From: an uncultured Flavobacteriales bacterium
Lineage (GTDB): Bacteria > Bacteroidota > Bacteroidia > Flavobacteriales > BACL11
DNA: 64,000 nucleotides
Direction: 5' to 3'
Assembly: GCA_905181635.1 (NCBI GenBank)
Contig: CAJIYM010000005.1
Location: 113,529-177,528 of the forward strand
The position numbers were made by a program, and so were the translations under genes. Under the pieces are notes generated by a model. That model did no database searches. It worked only from the letters and a program-made list of their open reading frames with translations, and was not told the DNA's origin. Below, in pieces: positions 9,210-19,632 of the stretch (positions are counted from its first letter, which is position 1; every line of letters begins with the position of its first letter).

Positions 9210-11101
9210 TAAGCTCTTGCTTTATTTCCTTCCATATAATTCATAAAAGCTTTGTTTACCACCTTCACCCCGCCTGGAGTTGGGTAATTTCCTGTAAAGT
9301 ACCAATCCCCTTTATGGTCAGGACAAGATCCATGTAAATCAGAAATAGATTGATAAATAATCTTTACCTTAGCCTTTGTATTTTTAGGAGTTAACAATTC
9401 ACCAATCTTCACTGAAATTTCTTCTGCAGTAAAAGGATTGTATATTTCCTGAATATAATTTACCATTAACTCTTTTGATAAAAATGCTTGTGCTTTACAT
9501 TTATCGTATACAGTTGTAAGAATGTGCTCTTGCTCAGTGTCTTTTAATAATTCAACAGCTGCATTAAAGGCAATAAAATCACCCATTTTTGCCATATCAA
9601 TCCCATAACAATCAGGGTATCTAATCTGTGGTGCTGATGAAACAACAATAATTTTTTTAGGTCCTAATCTATCTAAAATTCTAATAATAGATTGCTTTAG
9701 AGTTGTTCCTCTTACGATACTATCATCAATCATCACTAGATTATCAGTATTTTTGACTGTTCCATAAGTAATGTCATAAACATGAGCTACTAAATCGTTC
9801 CTGCTTTCGTCAGAGGCAATAAAGGTTCTCAACTTAGCGTCTTTAATTGCAATTTTTTCAGCTCTTGGAGAAATCTCCATAATTTTCGAAATTTCATCAT
9901 GGCAAGGATTATTTCCTAATTCCTGAATCTTTTTGGTTTTTACTTTATTTAAATAAGCATGGCAACCTTTTAATAGTCCAAAATATGAAACCTCTGCAGT
10001 ATTTGGAATATAAGAAAATACTGTGTTTTTCACATCATTATCAATTGACTCTAATACCTTAGGGAAAATACGTCTACCGAGTTCTAGTCTCTCCTTATAG
10101 ATACCGGCATCATTTCCTCTTGAAAAATAAATGCGTTCAAACGAACATGATTTCCTTTCTAATGGCTCTCTTACTTGTTTTTCTTCAACCTTCCCGTCTT
10201 TTTTAATGATAAGAGCATGTCCTCTTTTTATTTCCTTAACATCATCAATATTTACATCAAAAGAAGTTTGTATCACTGACCTTTCAGAAGCAACCACAAC
10301 AATTTCATCATCTTTGTAGTAATATGCTGGACGTATTGCATTTGGATCTCTCAATGCAAAAGCATCCCCATGCCCCATTAGCCCACACATAACATAACCT
10401 CCATCCCAGTATTTTGCAGATTGAGTTAAGATATCTTGAACATCTAATTCATCTTCAATTACATTTGTAATCTCTTTTTTAGTAAACTTATCTTTGTGTT
10501 TGTAGTAAATTTCATCATTTGCTTCGTCTAAGAAATGCCCAATTTTTTCCAAAATTGTTACTGTATCTGCTTTCTTTTTCGGATGCTGACCCAAATCGAC
10601 TAATTGCTGAAAAAGCTCATCAACATTTGTCATATTAAAGTTTCCTGCCAAAACTAAGTTTCGAGTTTTCCAATTACTTTGTCTTAAAAAAGGATGGCAT
10701 TGCTCTATTGTGTTCCCACCAAAAGTACCGTAACGCAAGTGTCCTAAAAATAACTCACCTGTAAAAGGCATATTTTCTTTCATCCACTGAGGATCTTTTA
10801 ATTTTTCTGGATCATTCTTCTCTAACTCAATAAACCTTTTATTTACTTGCTTAAATACATCCTGAATTGGATTAGTTGCTACTGACCTTTTTCTACTAAT
10901 ATACCTTTTACCAGGATCTACATCTAACTTTATGTTGGCCAATCCAACTCCATCTTGCCCTCTATTGTGTTGTTTTTCCATCAATAAATACATCTTGTTT
11001 AAGCCATAAAGCGAACTACCATATTTTTCTTGGTAATAAGATAAAGGCTTAAGTAATCTAAGCATTGCTACTCCACATTCATGTTTTATTGAATCACTCA
11101 T
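9206..11101 (-). CDS. purF: Amidophosphoribosyltransferase
   Basis: HECG Ntn Cys after a propeptide, QHNRGQDG, GHLRYGT, CSFERIYFSR, IDDSIVRGTT, YGIDM. Confidence 0.93.
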   Translation of the reverse strand: MSDSIKHECGVAMLRLLKPLSYYQEKYGSSLYGLNKMYLLMEKQHNRGQDGVGLANIKLDVDPGKRYISRKRSVATNPIQDVFKQVNKRFIELEKNDPEKLKDPQWMKENMPFTGELFLGHLRYGTFGGNTIEQCHPFLRQSNWKTRNLVLAGNFNMTNVDELFQQLVDLGQHPKKKADTVTILEKIGHFLDEANDEIYYKHKDKFTKKEITNVIEDELDVQDILTQSAKYWDGGYVMCGLMGHGDAFALRDPNAIRPAYYYKDDEIVVVASERSVIQTSFDVNIDDVKEIKRGHALIIKKDGKVEEKQVREPLERKSCSFERIYFSRGNDAGIYKERLELGRRIFPKVLESIDNDVKNTVFSYIPNTAEVSYFGLLKGCHAYLNKVKTKKIQELGNNPCHDEISKIMEISPRAEKIAIKDAKLRTFIASDESRNDLVAHVYDITYGTVKNTDNLVMIDDSIVRGTTLKQSIIRILDRLGPKKIIVVSSAPQIRYPDCYGIDMAKMGDFIAFNAAVELLKDTEQEHILTTVYDKCKAQAFLSKELMVNYIQEIYNPFTAEEISVKIGELLTPKNTKAKVKIIYQSISDLHGSCPDHKGDWYFTGNYPTPGGVKVVNKAFMNYMEGNKARAY

Positions 11102-11132
11102 GGTATTATTTTTAGGAATGCGAAATTACAGA

Positions 11133-11366
11133 TTATTGCGCTAATATTTTCATTAATCCATTAATACCTGGGTTTGTAAAACTCACTCCATCCACCATTA
11201 GTGTTGGGATTACTCTTTTACCGTTATTTATTTCTTCAACTAGAGCAATAGCCTGTTGATTATCAGTAATATCAATATATTCAAATTCAACTCCTTTAGA
11301 GTCTAAAAATCTTTTTGCAATTACGCAATCTGAGCACCAATCTGCTCCATACACTTTAATGTTCAT
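11133..11366 (-). CDS. Glutaredoxin/NrdH/mycoredoxin-like redoxin
   Basis: YGADWCSDC CxxC, cis-Pro motif VIPT, 77 aa. Confidence 0.85.
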   Translation of the reverse strand: MNIKVYGADWCSDCVIAKRFLDSKGVEFEYIDITDNQQAIALVEEINNGKRVIPTLMVDGVSFTNPGINGLMKILAQ

Positions 11367-11634
11367 AATGATAAAATTTATAAGTTATTTCGTTTTGTAT
11401 TATTGTACATTCCTTGCAATGCGAAAGAAAGGTGAATTTATAATCAATATGTAAATCAAAAGCACTGTTATCGACTGTAAATATTCTATCACATTCTAAT
11501 TTTCCATCTGGTGAAAATCTTTGAATTCTATATTTATTTTTCTCATCAGTAATAAAAAACCAAGAACCAGAACCAACTGTACCACTTAGCCATTGCGCTT
11601 TGTCAGGAATATTAATATCTTTCTTAGATTTCAT
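11356..11634 (-). CDS. Hypothetical protein resembling the C-terminal part of DUF6695 proteins
   Basis: AQWLSG..GSGSWF, YRIQRFS..G.LEC; family recalled from memory. Confidence 0.6.
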   Translation of the reverse strand: MKSKKDINIPDKAQWLSGTVGSGSWFFITDEKNKYRIQRFSPDGKLECDRIFTVDNSAFDLHIDYKFTFLSHCKECTIIQNEITYKFYHYEH

Positions 11635-11636
11635 AG

Positions 11637-12290
11637 CTATATACTTTCAATACTAGTAAAATATGATTTTATGTGGCTTTTCTTTATTTGTCTATAATTT
11701 TTCACTCCCATAACATAATAATTAGAATTTGCGATGCTAATGTTCCTCTTAGGAGATGGAGACAAACAAAAAGGATATTTTAATCTAAATCTAGTAATCC
11801 AATGTGGTTTTGAAGCAAGCATTATTGTGGTAACAAATCTTGAGCAATTAGTACCTGTCGGAACTATTGGGCCATATGAAATTAATCCCATTTTTTGTAT
11901 CTCCTTAGCTTTTTCATAAGCCTTATTGAAATCAATATTTTTTAAAATTGAAGCATATAGTTTACCGTGTCCGTGCGTAGCCTTTAAATTAGATATCTCT
12001 AATAATATCTCCTCAATATTATCAATTGAATTGTCTGAAATTATAGGTTTAGATTTCAGCAATATATCCGGATCTGTTTCTAAGTCTCTTACTCTACCAT
12101 ATCCAAATGGACTATGATATCTACCAAAATCAAAATAATTTATTTGATTCTTAGCTGAATTTACTAAAATTAAAGCTGAATGTCCTACCCTATATTTTCC
12201 ATTAGTCGAAAACACTTTGTCATACCATGCGCCTGCAGCTGCAACCATGCCTTCGGGCCAAGCAAGTACGATTATAAAGTCTTTTTGCAT
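11637..12290 (-). CDS. DUF6695-like protein (N-terminal part)
   Basis: LAWP, VGHSALILV, YFDFGRY, GRVRD.ETDP, ATHG.G, NCSRFV. Confidence 0.7.
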   Translation of the reverse strand: MQKDFIIVLAWPEGMVAAAGAWYDKVFSTNGKYRVGHSALILVNSAKNQINYFDFGRYHSPFGYGRVRDLETDPDILLKSKPIISDNSIDNIEEILLEISNLKATHGHGKLYASILKNIDFNKAYEKAKEIQKMGLISYGPIVPTGTNCSRFVTTIMLASKPHWITRFRLKYPFCLSPSPKRNISIANSNYYVMGVKNYRQIKKSHIKSYFTSIESI

Positions 12291-12359
12291 TCTGTAAAAA
12301 TAAAAAAAATAGCAAATTAATACCTTGCAATATTTAAAACTTTAAAAGTTAAATATATA

Positions 12360-12842
12360 TTATATTATCTTTTTTATTTTCTCGATAATTTCAGAAACTG
12401 CAGGGCAAACTTCTACATTCTTTTCAGTTAATTTTAGCAATTGACTTTGTCTAATTCTATTTGTATGTGGGAATTCACGGCAGGCCTTTGGCCTAACATC
12501 ATAAATAGAACATCGGTTATCGCTTCCTAAAAAAATACAGGGGACAGATTTAAGAACATAATCCTTATCCTCATCGATTCTTAAGTACTTGCCTGCAAAT
12601 ACTGATGGTTTAATTTTTAAATGATTAGCAACTCTACTAATATCCTTGTCCGTAAATAAAGGCCCTGTATTGTTACAGCAGTTTGCACACTTCAAGCAAT
12701 CGGTACAGGAAAAAATCTCATCATGTAAAGGGTGAATAAGTTTATCCAACACTTTAGATTTTACTTTTTTTAAACGATTAAAGAGCTTCTTATTTTCTTT
12801 GCGCTTTAATATTACTTGCTCTTTATGTTGAGCTAAATTCAT
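12360..12842 (-). CDS. YkgJ family cysteine-cluster (CxxCxxCC) protein
   Basis: CLKCANCC, PC.FL..DNRCSIYDVRPKACREFP. Confidence 0.88.
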   Translation of the reverse strand: MNLAQHKEQVILKRKENKKLFNRLKKVKSKVLDKLIHPLHDEIFSCTDCLKCANCCNNTGPLFTDKDISRVANHLKIKPSVFAGKYLRIDEDKDYVLKSVPCIFLGSDNRCSIYDVRPKACREFPHTNRIRQSQLLKLTEKNVEVCPAVSEIIEKIKKII

Positions 12843-14041
12843 TAACTTATTTTTCCATTATATAACTTAAGTGCTGCAGCCAAAATGGTTATCGATTTCT
12901 GTAATGATTTTTTATTTAACACATAAGCAATACGTACTTGATTTGTACCAATATTAGGTGTTGCATAAAAGCCTGCAGCAGGAGCTATCATTATAGTTTC
13001 TCCATCTAATTCAAAATCTTCCAATAACCACTGAGCAAATTTATCAGCATCATCAACAGGAAGCTCTGCAATAGCATAAAAAGCACCAGTTGGTTTTGGG
13101 CAAAATACACCTTCAATTTTATTTAACCCTTCTACTAGCAAATCTCTTCTACTTACATATTCTGCGCTTACTTCTTCAAAATAAGAAATATCTGTTTTTA
13201 AGGCTGCTTCGCCAGCAATTTGCCCAAATGTAGGTGGTGATAATCTTGCTTGCGCAAACTTCATTACAGCTGCCATTAAAACCTTGTTTTTAGAAACTAT
13301 ACACCCCACTCTAATTCCACACATAGAATATCTCTTTGAGGTAGAATCAATTACAATTGAATTCTCTTTCAAGCCTTCGATATTCAACACTGAATGATGC
13401 ACATTTCCATCATAAGCAAATTCACGATATACTTCATCTGCAATAAGAAACAAGTCATGTTTTATCACAATATCTCTAAGAGTTTCTAATTCCTTTTTAG
13501 AATATAAATACCCAGTTGGGTTTCCGGGATTACATATAAGGATAGCTTTAGTATTAGGTGTAATTAGTTTTTCAAATTCTTGTATTTTGGGCAATGCAAA
13601 ACCATCATAAATTGATGTGGCAATTGGCTTAACCTTTACGCCTGCTGAAGTAGAAAAACCATTATAATTTGCGTAAAATGGTTCTGGAATAATAATTTCA
13701 TCTCCAACATCAAGACAAGTATTTAAAGCAAACAAAAGAGCCTCAGAACCTCCTGTTGTTACAATTATATCGTCGTGATTAATTGCTATGCCTAAATTTT
13801 GGTAATATTTAGCTAGTCCTTTTCGATAACTCTCAAATCCTGCTGAATGAGAATATTCTACTACTTTATCAGAAAAATTATGTATTGCTTCCAAAGCTAA
13901 TTCAGGAGTTTTAATATCAGGCTGACCAATATTTAAATGATAAACTTTTTTCCCATCTTTTTTTGCTTTTTCAGAAAATGGCACCAACTTTCTTATTGGT
14001 GACTCTGGCATATTAATTCCCTTCTTTGATATTTTTGGCAT
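12842..14041 (-). CDS. PLP-dependent aminotransferase class I/II (aspartate aminotransferase-like)
   Basis: LNIGQPD, NPGNPTG, DEVY, STSKRYSMCGIRVG; likely start MPKIS at 14041. Confidence 0.92.
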   Translation of the reverse strand: MPKISKKGINMPESPIRKLVPFSEKAKKDGKKVYHLNIGQPDIKTPELALEAIHNFSDKVVEYSHSAGFESYRKGLAKYYQNLGIAINHDDIIVTTGGSEALLFALNTCLDVGDEIIIPEPFYANYNGFSTSAGVKVKPIATSIYDGFALPKIQEFEKLITPNTKAILICNPGNPTGYLYSKKELETLRDIVIKHDLFLIADEVYREFAYDGNVHHSVLNIEGLKENSIVIDSTSKRYSMCGIRVGCIVSKNKVLMAAVMKFAQARLSPPTFGQIAGEAALKTDISYFEEVSAEYVSRRDLLVEGLNKIEGVFCPKPTGAFYAIAELPVDDADKFAQWLLEDFELDGETIMIAPAAGFYATPNIGTNQVRIAYVLNKKSLQKSITILAAALKLYNGKIS

Positions 14042-14058
14042 TATTGTAAAATTTTTAT

Positions 14059-14085
14059 AAAAAAACACCCTCATAAATGAGGGTG
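14059..14085 (-). terminator. Rho-independent terminator after the DUF1573 gene
   Basis: caccctca-taaa-tgagggtg hairpin with a T run on the minus strand. Confidence 0.75.
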
Positions 14086-14112
14086 CTAATGTCGTAATAT
14101 ATTTTGAATTAC

Positions 14113-14583
14113 TTATTTCTTTTCTAAAGGAGATCCTTCCGTTTTTCTTAATGGAGCAGTCTCTTCTTTTGGAGCAGGATTAACCTCACCTTTAATTGTT
14201 AAGATAACAGGCTTCTTACTAGCATTAGTAGTTAAAGTAATTGTTTTTGTGAATTTTCCTACTCTATTAGTTGCATACTTTACACCAATTTCAGCTGTAA
14301 CTCCAGGAGCAATAGGTTCTCTTGGCCATGTTGGTACTGTGCAACCACAACTACCTTTTGCATTTTTAATTAACAAAGGCTCAGTTCCATTATTCGTGAA
14401 TACAAAACTTCTAGCACCGTCAGCATTGTGCTCAATCGTTCCATAATCCATAACTTTCGATACAAAATCAATAGTTACATTAGTAGATTCTTCAGTTTTG
14501 GGTGCATCAGTATTTATAACATTTTGAGCATTTACCAGGGTAAATCCTGTTACAATTGCTAGAGATAAAAGTAATTTTCTCAT
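14113..14583 (-). CDS. DUF1573 domain exported protein
   Basis: Signal peptide, F.N.G.EPLLI, GSCGCTVP, FTKTIT. Confidence 0.88.
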   Translation of the reverse strand: MRKLLLSLAIVTGFTLVNAQNVINTDAPKTEESTNVTIDFVSKVMDYGTIEHNADGARSFVFTNNGTEPLLIKNAKGSCGCTVPTWPREPIAPGVTAEIGVKYATNRVGKFTKTITLTTNASKKPVILTIKGEVNPAPKEETAPLRKTEGSPLEKK

Positions 14584-14619
14584 TTCTTTTTTTTAAGTTA
14601 ATTTTCAAATAGTGAACGG

Positions 14620-14627
14620 CAAATCTA
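14620..14627 (-). promoter_or_regulatory. -7 promoter element (TAGATTTG) for the DUF1573 gene
   Basis: TAnnTTTG match in the divergent intergenic region. Confidence 0.6.
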
Positions 14628-14688
14628 ACAAAATATTTTATTTATACAAATAAGATATTACATGAAATCCTCAGAATATTAGAATGTG

Positions 14689-14696
14689 TAGATTTG
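14689..14696 (+). promoter_or_regulatory. -7 promoter element (TAGATTTG) for valS
   Basis: TAnnTTTG about 21 nt upstream of the ATG. Confidence 0.6.
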
Positions 14697-14717
14697 CAAT
14701 TTACAAATAAAACTTAA

Positions 14718-17327
14718 ATGAGCATTCCAAAAACATACAACCCCAGAAATACTGAAGATAAATGGTACGCCCACTGGATTCAAAAAGGCTATTTCAATTC
14801 GTCTCCTGATGATCGTGAGGCTTATACTATTGTAATTCCTCCGCCAAACGTAACAGGTGTTTTACACATGGGTCACATGTTAAACAATACTTTGCAAGAC
14901 GTAATGGTAAGGCGTGCTCGTATGATGGGGTTTAATGCTTGTTGGGTGCCAGGCACTGATCATGCTTCAATTGCCACAGAAGCAAAAGTAGTGCAGAAAC
15001 TAGCAAAAGAAGGTATCCAAAAAAATGACCTAACAAGAAATGAATTCTTAGAGCATGCTTTTGATTGGAAAGAAAAACATGGAGGAATAATTCTGGAACA
15101 ACTAAAAAAATTAGGAGCTTCATGCGATTGGGATCGAACGAAGTTCACAATGGATGATGAAATGAGTGAATCTGTAATTAAAGTTTTTGTTGACTTACAT
15201 CAAAAAGGACTTATTTACAGAGGCGTGCGTATGGTAAATTGGGATCCATCTGCACAAACAGCTTTGTCAGATGAAGAGGTAATACACAAAGAAGTAAATT
15301 CAAAACTCTACTATATTAAATATAAAATTGAAGGAATTAATGAAACAATAACAATTGCTACCACTAGACCAGAAACTATTTTAGGGGATTCAGCAATTTG
15401 TGTGAATCCTAATGATGAACGATACACACACTTAAAAGATAAAAAAGCAATTGTCCCTTTAGTAGATAGAGCTATCCCTATTATCTTTGATGAATATGTC
15501 GATATGGAATTCGGAACAGGGGCATTAAAAATTACTCCGGCACATGATATAAATGACTATAAATTAGGATATAAGTATGGATTAAAAACAATTGATATCC
15601 TAAATGATGATGGTACTTTAAGTGAAAGTGCAAGCTTATATGTTGGGAAAGATAGATTTGTAGTGAGAGAGAAAATTGCTTTGGACTTAAAAACTAAAGG
15701 CTGTTTAGTGAAAACAGAAGAATACCAAAATAAAGTTGGTTTTTCAGAAAGAACAGATGCGGTGATTGAACCTAAGCTATCTATGCAATGGTTTTTTAAA
15801 ATGGAATCCTTTTCAAAACCTGCGTTAGAACATGTAATGAATGATGATATTCAATTTCATCCTCCAAAATTTAAAAACACTTACAGGCATTGGATGGAAA
15901 ATATTAAGGACTGGTGTGTGTCTCGTCAGCTTTGGTGGGGGCAACAGATTCCGGCCTATTTCTACGAAGACAATAAATACGTTGTTGCTGAGAATAAAGA
16001 AGACGCGTTAGCTTTAGCTCAAAAAGAGAGTCCGTCAGTAACTATGGATGACTTAAAACAAGATTCAGATGTGCTAGACACCTGGTTCTCTTCTTGGCTA
16101 TGGCCAATTTCTGTTTTTGATGGAATAAGAAACCCTAATAATGCAGAAATAAATTACTACTACCCTACTAATGATTTAATTACAGGACCAGATATATTGT
16201 TCTTTTGGGTAGCTAGGATGGTTATGGCGGGTTATGAATATAGAGGGGAATTACCATTTAAAAATGTTTATCTTACCGGAATAGTTCGAGATGATCAAGG
16301 TAGAAAAATGAGTAAAACATTAGGGAATTCACCTGACCCTATTGAGTTGATAACAAAATATGGAGCTGATGGAGTAAGAGTGGGAATGCTGCTCTGTGCA
16401 CCAGCAGGAAACGATATTCATTTTGATGAAGGGCTTTGTGAGCAAGGCCGTAATTTCTCTAACAAAATATGGAATGCTTTTCGTTTAATTAAAGGATGGG
16501 AAGTATCTAATTGTAAGCAACCAGAAAGTTCAAAAATGGCCATAAATTGGTTTGAAAGCAAACTCAGTAAGACTATTAATGAAATTGACCAATCATATAG
16601 TAAATACAGAATTTCTGAAGCTTTAATGGGGACATATAAGTTGGTTTGGGATGATTTCTGTTCATGGTACTTAGAAATAGTAAAGCCTAACTTCGGAAGC
16701 CCAATAGACAGCACTACATATGCTGAAACAATTAAGCAGCTAGAAAAAATACTAAAACTATTACATCCTTTTATGCCTTTCCTATCAGAAGAAATATGGC
16801 ATTTGATTGATAATAGAAAAGAAGACATTATTGTTGCAGATTGGCCAGTAGTAGGAATTGTAAACGAGCAGTTATTATCTGATTTTGAAAACACAAAAGA
16901 GTTGGTGGCGGGAATAAGAACAATAAGAAAACAGCAAAATATTGCAAATAAAGAACAACTAGAATTACTCGTTATTGAAAACCAAAAACCCAATACTAAT
17001 TTAGATGCTATTGCTGCAAAACTAGGAAATATTTCAAGCATAAACACTACACTTGGAAAACTAAATGGTGCTTTTAGTTTTATGATTAAGTCAAACGAAT
17101 ACTTTATCCCATTAGCTAGAAATATTGATGTTGCATTTGAAATTGAAAAACTACAAAAAGAATTAGATTACACTATAGGCTTCTTAAAGTCGGTAGAAAC
17201 GAAATTGAGCAATGAGCGCTTTGTCAATAACGCCCCTCAACAAGTAGTTGCAAACGAGAAAAATAAAATGACTGATGCAAAATCTAAAATTGAAATCATA
17301 GAAATTAAAATTAAGCATCTTTCTTAA
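14718..17327 (+). CDS. valS: Valine--tRNA ligase
   Basis: [30 protein letters not shown]-terminal coiled coil (NAPQQVV). Confidence 0.97.
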   Translation: MSIPKTYNPRNTEDKWYAHWIQKGYFNSSPDDREAYTIVIPPPNVTGVLHMGHMLNNTLQDVMVRRARMMGFNACWVPGTDHASIATEAKVVQKLAKEGIQKNDLTRNEFLEHAFDWKEKHGGIILEQLKKLGASCDWDRTKFTMDDEMSESVIKVFVDLHQKGLIYRGVRMVNWDPSAQTALSDEEVIHKEVNSKLYYIKYKIEGINETITIATTRPETILGDSAICVNPNDERYTHLKDKKAIVPLVDRAIPIIFDEYVDMEFGTGALKITPAHDINDYKLGYKYGLKTIDILNDDGTLSESASLYVGKDRFVVREKIALDLKTKGCLVKTEEYQNKVGFSERTDAVIEPKLSMQWFFKMESFSKPALEHVMNDDIQFHPPKFKNTYRHWMENIKDWCVSRQLWWGQQIPAYFYEDNKYVVAENKEDALALAQKESPSVTMDDLKQDSDVLDTWFSSWLWPISVFDGIRNPNNAEINYYYPTNDLITGPDILFFWVARMVMAGYEYRGELPFKNVYLTGIVRDDQGRKMSKTLGNSPDPIELITKYGADGVRVGMLLCAPAGNDIHFDEGLCEQGRNFSNKIWNAFRLIKGWEVSNCKQPESSKMAINWFESKLSKTINEIDQSYSKYRISEALMGTYKLVWDDFCSWYLEIVKPNFGSPIDSTTYAETIKQLEKILKLLHPFMPFLSEEIWHLIDNRKEDIIVADWPVVGIVNEQLLSDFENTKELVAGIRTIRKQQNIANKEQLELLVIENQKPNTNLDAIAAKLGNISSINTTLGKLNGAFSFMIKSNEYFIPLARNIDVAFEIEKLQKELDYTIGFLKSVETKLSNERFVNNAPQQVVANEKNKMTDAKSKIEIIEIKIKHLS

Positions 17328-18043
17328 TGAAAAAAAAAATATTAGTATTATTTTTATTATGTACTTCTTTTTGCTTTGCTCAGAAGAGTAATTCTAAGAA
17401 AAAATACTTGTCAGGTAATTTTGATTTAGGACTTAATTTTACAAAAAATACAGAAGAAACTTTTCAGCTGAATAGCATCTTTGATCTTAATTATAAATTA
17501 AAAAATCATACACTGACGCTTAATAATAACATTGCTTTTATAAGTAAGACTGGCCAAGAAGAATTGTTAAATAAAGGAAAGCAGGATTTAAAATACGAAT
17601 TGACTTCTAAAAACTTAAACATTAGATTCTTAATTCAAAATTTATACGATATTGATAAAAAAATTAAAAACCGATTTACTACAGGCGTTGGAGTGTCCTA
17701 TAATTTATTTGATAAAAAATCTGTTAATTTAGGAATAACGATACAAAGAGAAAAAGAAAATGTGTTGGGAAGAGATGAGAAATTACAAAAAAGACTCAAC
17801 TCAAACATCCTTTTTACCAAAAAAATTAAGGAATCTATAGCTGTTACTTTAAAAAATAGTTATCAGCCAAATTTAGATAGTTTTGGCGACTTCAGATGGA
17901 TTAGTAATCTTTCAGTAAGACTGAATTTAAGTACTCAATTTTTATTAAGCATTAATACTAATTTCAATTATGATAGCGAGCCTGAAACAGGAGTCCCGGA
18001 ATCAGACTATCAGTTAATTAATAATCTCTCTTATTCTTTTTAG
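17327..18043 (+). CDS. DUF481-like outer-membrane beta-barrel protein
   Basis: Signal peptide, alternating beta strands, YQP..F.DFR, YDSEP, C-terminal YSF. Confidence 0.7.
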   Translation: MKKKILVLFLLCTSFCFAQKSNSKKKYLSGNFDLGLNFTKNTEETFQLNSIFDLNYKLKNHTLTLNNNIAFISKTGQEELLNKGKQDLKYELTSKNLNIRFLIQNLYDIDKKIKNRFTTGVGVSYNLFDKKSVNLGITIQREKENVLGRDEKLQKRLNSNILFTKKIKESIAVTLKNSYQPNLDSFGDFRWISNLSVRLNLSTQFLLSINTNFNYDSEPETGVPESDYQLINNLSYSF

Positions 18044-18105
18044 AAAGCCAGTAAACAAAACCTTTCACTCTATGATAAGCTGATAAAAATAATTAAAATA
18101 AGAAA

Positions 18106-19497
18106 TTAGGCAATCCTTTTAACTTTATCGTGATGTTTAACTATAAATTCTTCTAGTACTTTAAAGAAATTTAGAATATTTTCATTTGTGTTTTCCCCAT
18201 TAATAGTAACCAGCCTTACAAATCCTTGTTGATGGAAATAACCAAAGCCTACCATTAACTTATTGTACTGATATAATTTAGTACACAAATCTACTGGATC
18301 AAAATCTTTGTAGTTAAAGCAAATTGAAAGAGAATCACTAAAACTATATAGACTGTATGATTCATTATTTTTTACATAATCCCTTGCTATATCCGCTAAT
18401 TGGAATTCGTGTTCAACAATTTCAGCAATCCCGTTAGTACCTATTGCCTTCCAGAGGGTCCAAAACTTTAAAGCATTGTTTCGTCTTCCACATTCAAAAG
18501 AAGTTTGACCCAAATTATAATTTTCATCATCAGTTTGGTAAAGATAAGTAGCATCATTATTAAATGAATTATATAAGTCCCTGTTGTCTTTTACCACTAT
18601 TACTGATGTGCTTATTGGTGCTCCTAGAGTTTTATGAGCATTGAAGCAAAAAGAATCTGAAAGTTCAATACCTTTGACTAAATGATTATATTTATCAGTA
18701 AAAATAACTGTACCTCCAAATGCTCCGTCAACATGCATCCAAATATTATATTCTTTACAAACGGGAGATAACTCTGCTAAATTATCAAACGCACACAAGA
18801 CAGTGGTTCCTGCAGTTGCATTCAAATAAAAAGGAATAAATCCATCTGCAATGTCACGTACTAATTGTTGTTTAAAGTCTGAAACATCGATTTGTCCAAC
18901 TTTATTTGATTTAATATAGCGTATATTATCCCTCCCAATGCCTGCAAACGCTATGTTTTTTGCAAGAGAATAATGAGAGTTTACTGAAGTATATGCAATC
19001 AGTTTTCCTTGCATTCCTTTATTCTTAATCTCTCCATCTTTCTTATCTCTTGCCATAACTAAAGACATAAAATTAGCCATAGAACCACCCGTTGGAAAAG
19101 TACCTCCACAACCTTCAGGGTATCCAATTAACTTATTTACTTGTTTGATTATCTCCTTTTCAACCGCTACTTGAGGTCCTGCAATTTTATAAGTGGCCAT
19201 ACTATTATTAAGCATAACAGCCAATAAATCTCCTAAAATTGCTTTACTATGCCTACCTCCAAACAACTGATTAAAAAACAATTTTGAAGATGATTTGGGC
19301 GTGTTTAACACTAGTTTTTTCAACTCATTCTTAAAATCTTCAGGAATTGCTGGAGAAGATTTTAATTCCAAATCAAATTCTGAAATCAGTTCTGAAGTTG
19401 TAATTGCGTTAGCAATAGGATTCTCTAATTCGTCATTAATTAAATCATTAACTAATTCATTAAAAAAATGTAAATCTTCTTTTATATTATTTTGCAT
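18106..19497 (-). CDS. Group II PLP-dependent decarboxylase (GAD/CSAD-like)
   Basis: FFNQLFGG, GGSMAN, HYS, ATAGTTV, WMHVDGAFGG, NAHK (PLP Lys), ECGRR. Confidence 0.88.
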   Translation of the reverse strand: MQNNIKEDLHFFNELVNDLINDELENPIANAITTSELISEFDLELKSSPAIPEDFKNELKKLVLNTPKSSSKLFFNQLFGGRHSKAILGDLLAVMLNNSMATYKIAGPQVAVEKEIIKQVNKLIGYPEGCGGTFPTGGSMANFMSLVMARDKKDGEIKNKGMQGKLIAYTSVNSHYSLAKNIAFAGIGRDNIRYIKSNKVGQIDVSDFKQQLVRDIADGFIPFYLNATAGTTVLCAFDNLAELSPVCKEYNIWMHVDGAFGGTVIFTDKYNHLVKGIELSDSFCFNAHKTLGAPISTSVIVVKDNRDLYNSFNNDATYLYQTDDENYNLGQTSFECGRRNNALKFWTLWKAIGTNGIAEIVEHEFQLADIARDYVKNNESYSLYSFSDSLSICFNYKDFDPVDLCTKLYQYNKLMVGFGYFHQQGFVRLVTINGENTNENILNFFKVLEEFIVKHHDKVKRIA

Positions 19498-19518
19498 CAA
19501 AGTATATTAATTGGTTTG

Positions 19519-19526
19519 CAAAAGTA
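19519..19526 (-). promoter_or_regulatory. -7 promoter element (TACTTTTG) for the decarboxylase
   Basis: TAnnTTTG match. Confidence 0.55.
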
Positions 19527-19620
19527 AAAAAAATGTACCTTTAAGTGACTGTCATTACTTCTTATGTTTGAACACCTAAGATAACTAGTTAATACTGCTA
19601 AGAAAATTATTATTTTTCTG

Positions 19621-19628
19621 TATTTTTG
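19621..19628 (+). promoter_or_regulatory. -7 promoter element (TATTTTTG), 4 nt before the ATG of the CotH gene
   Basis: TAnnTTTG-N4-ATG. Confidence 0.6.
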
Positions 19629-19632
19629 TAGA

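Noticed and set aside
16418-17047. 209-aa minus-strand ORF
   Set aside because: Lies entirely antisense to valS, with Ser/Phe/Leu-rich shadow composition and no motif
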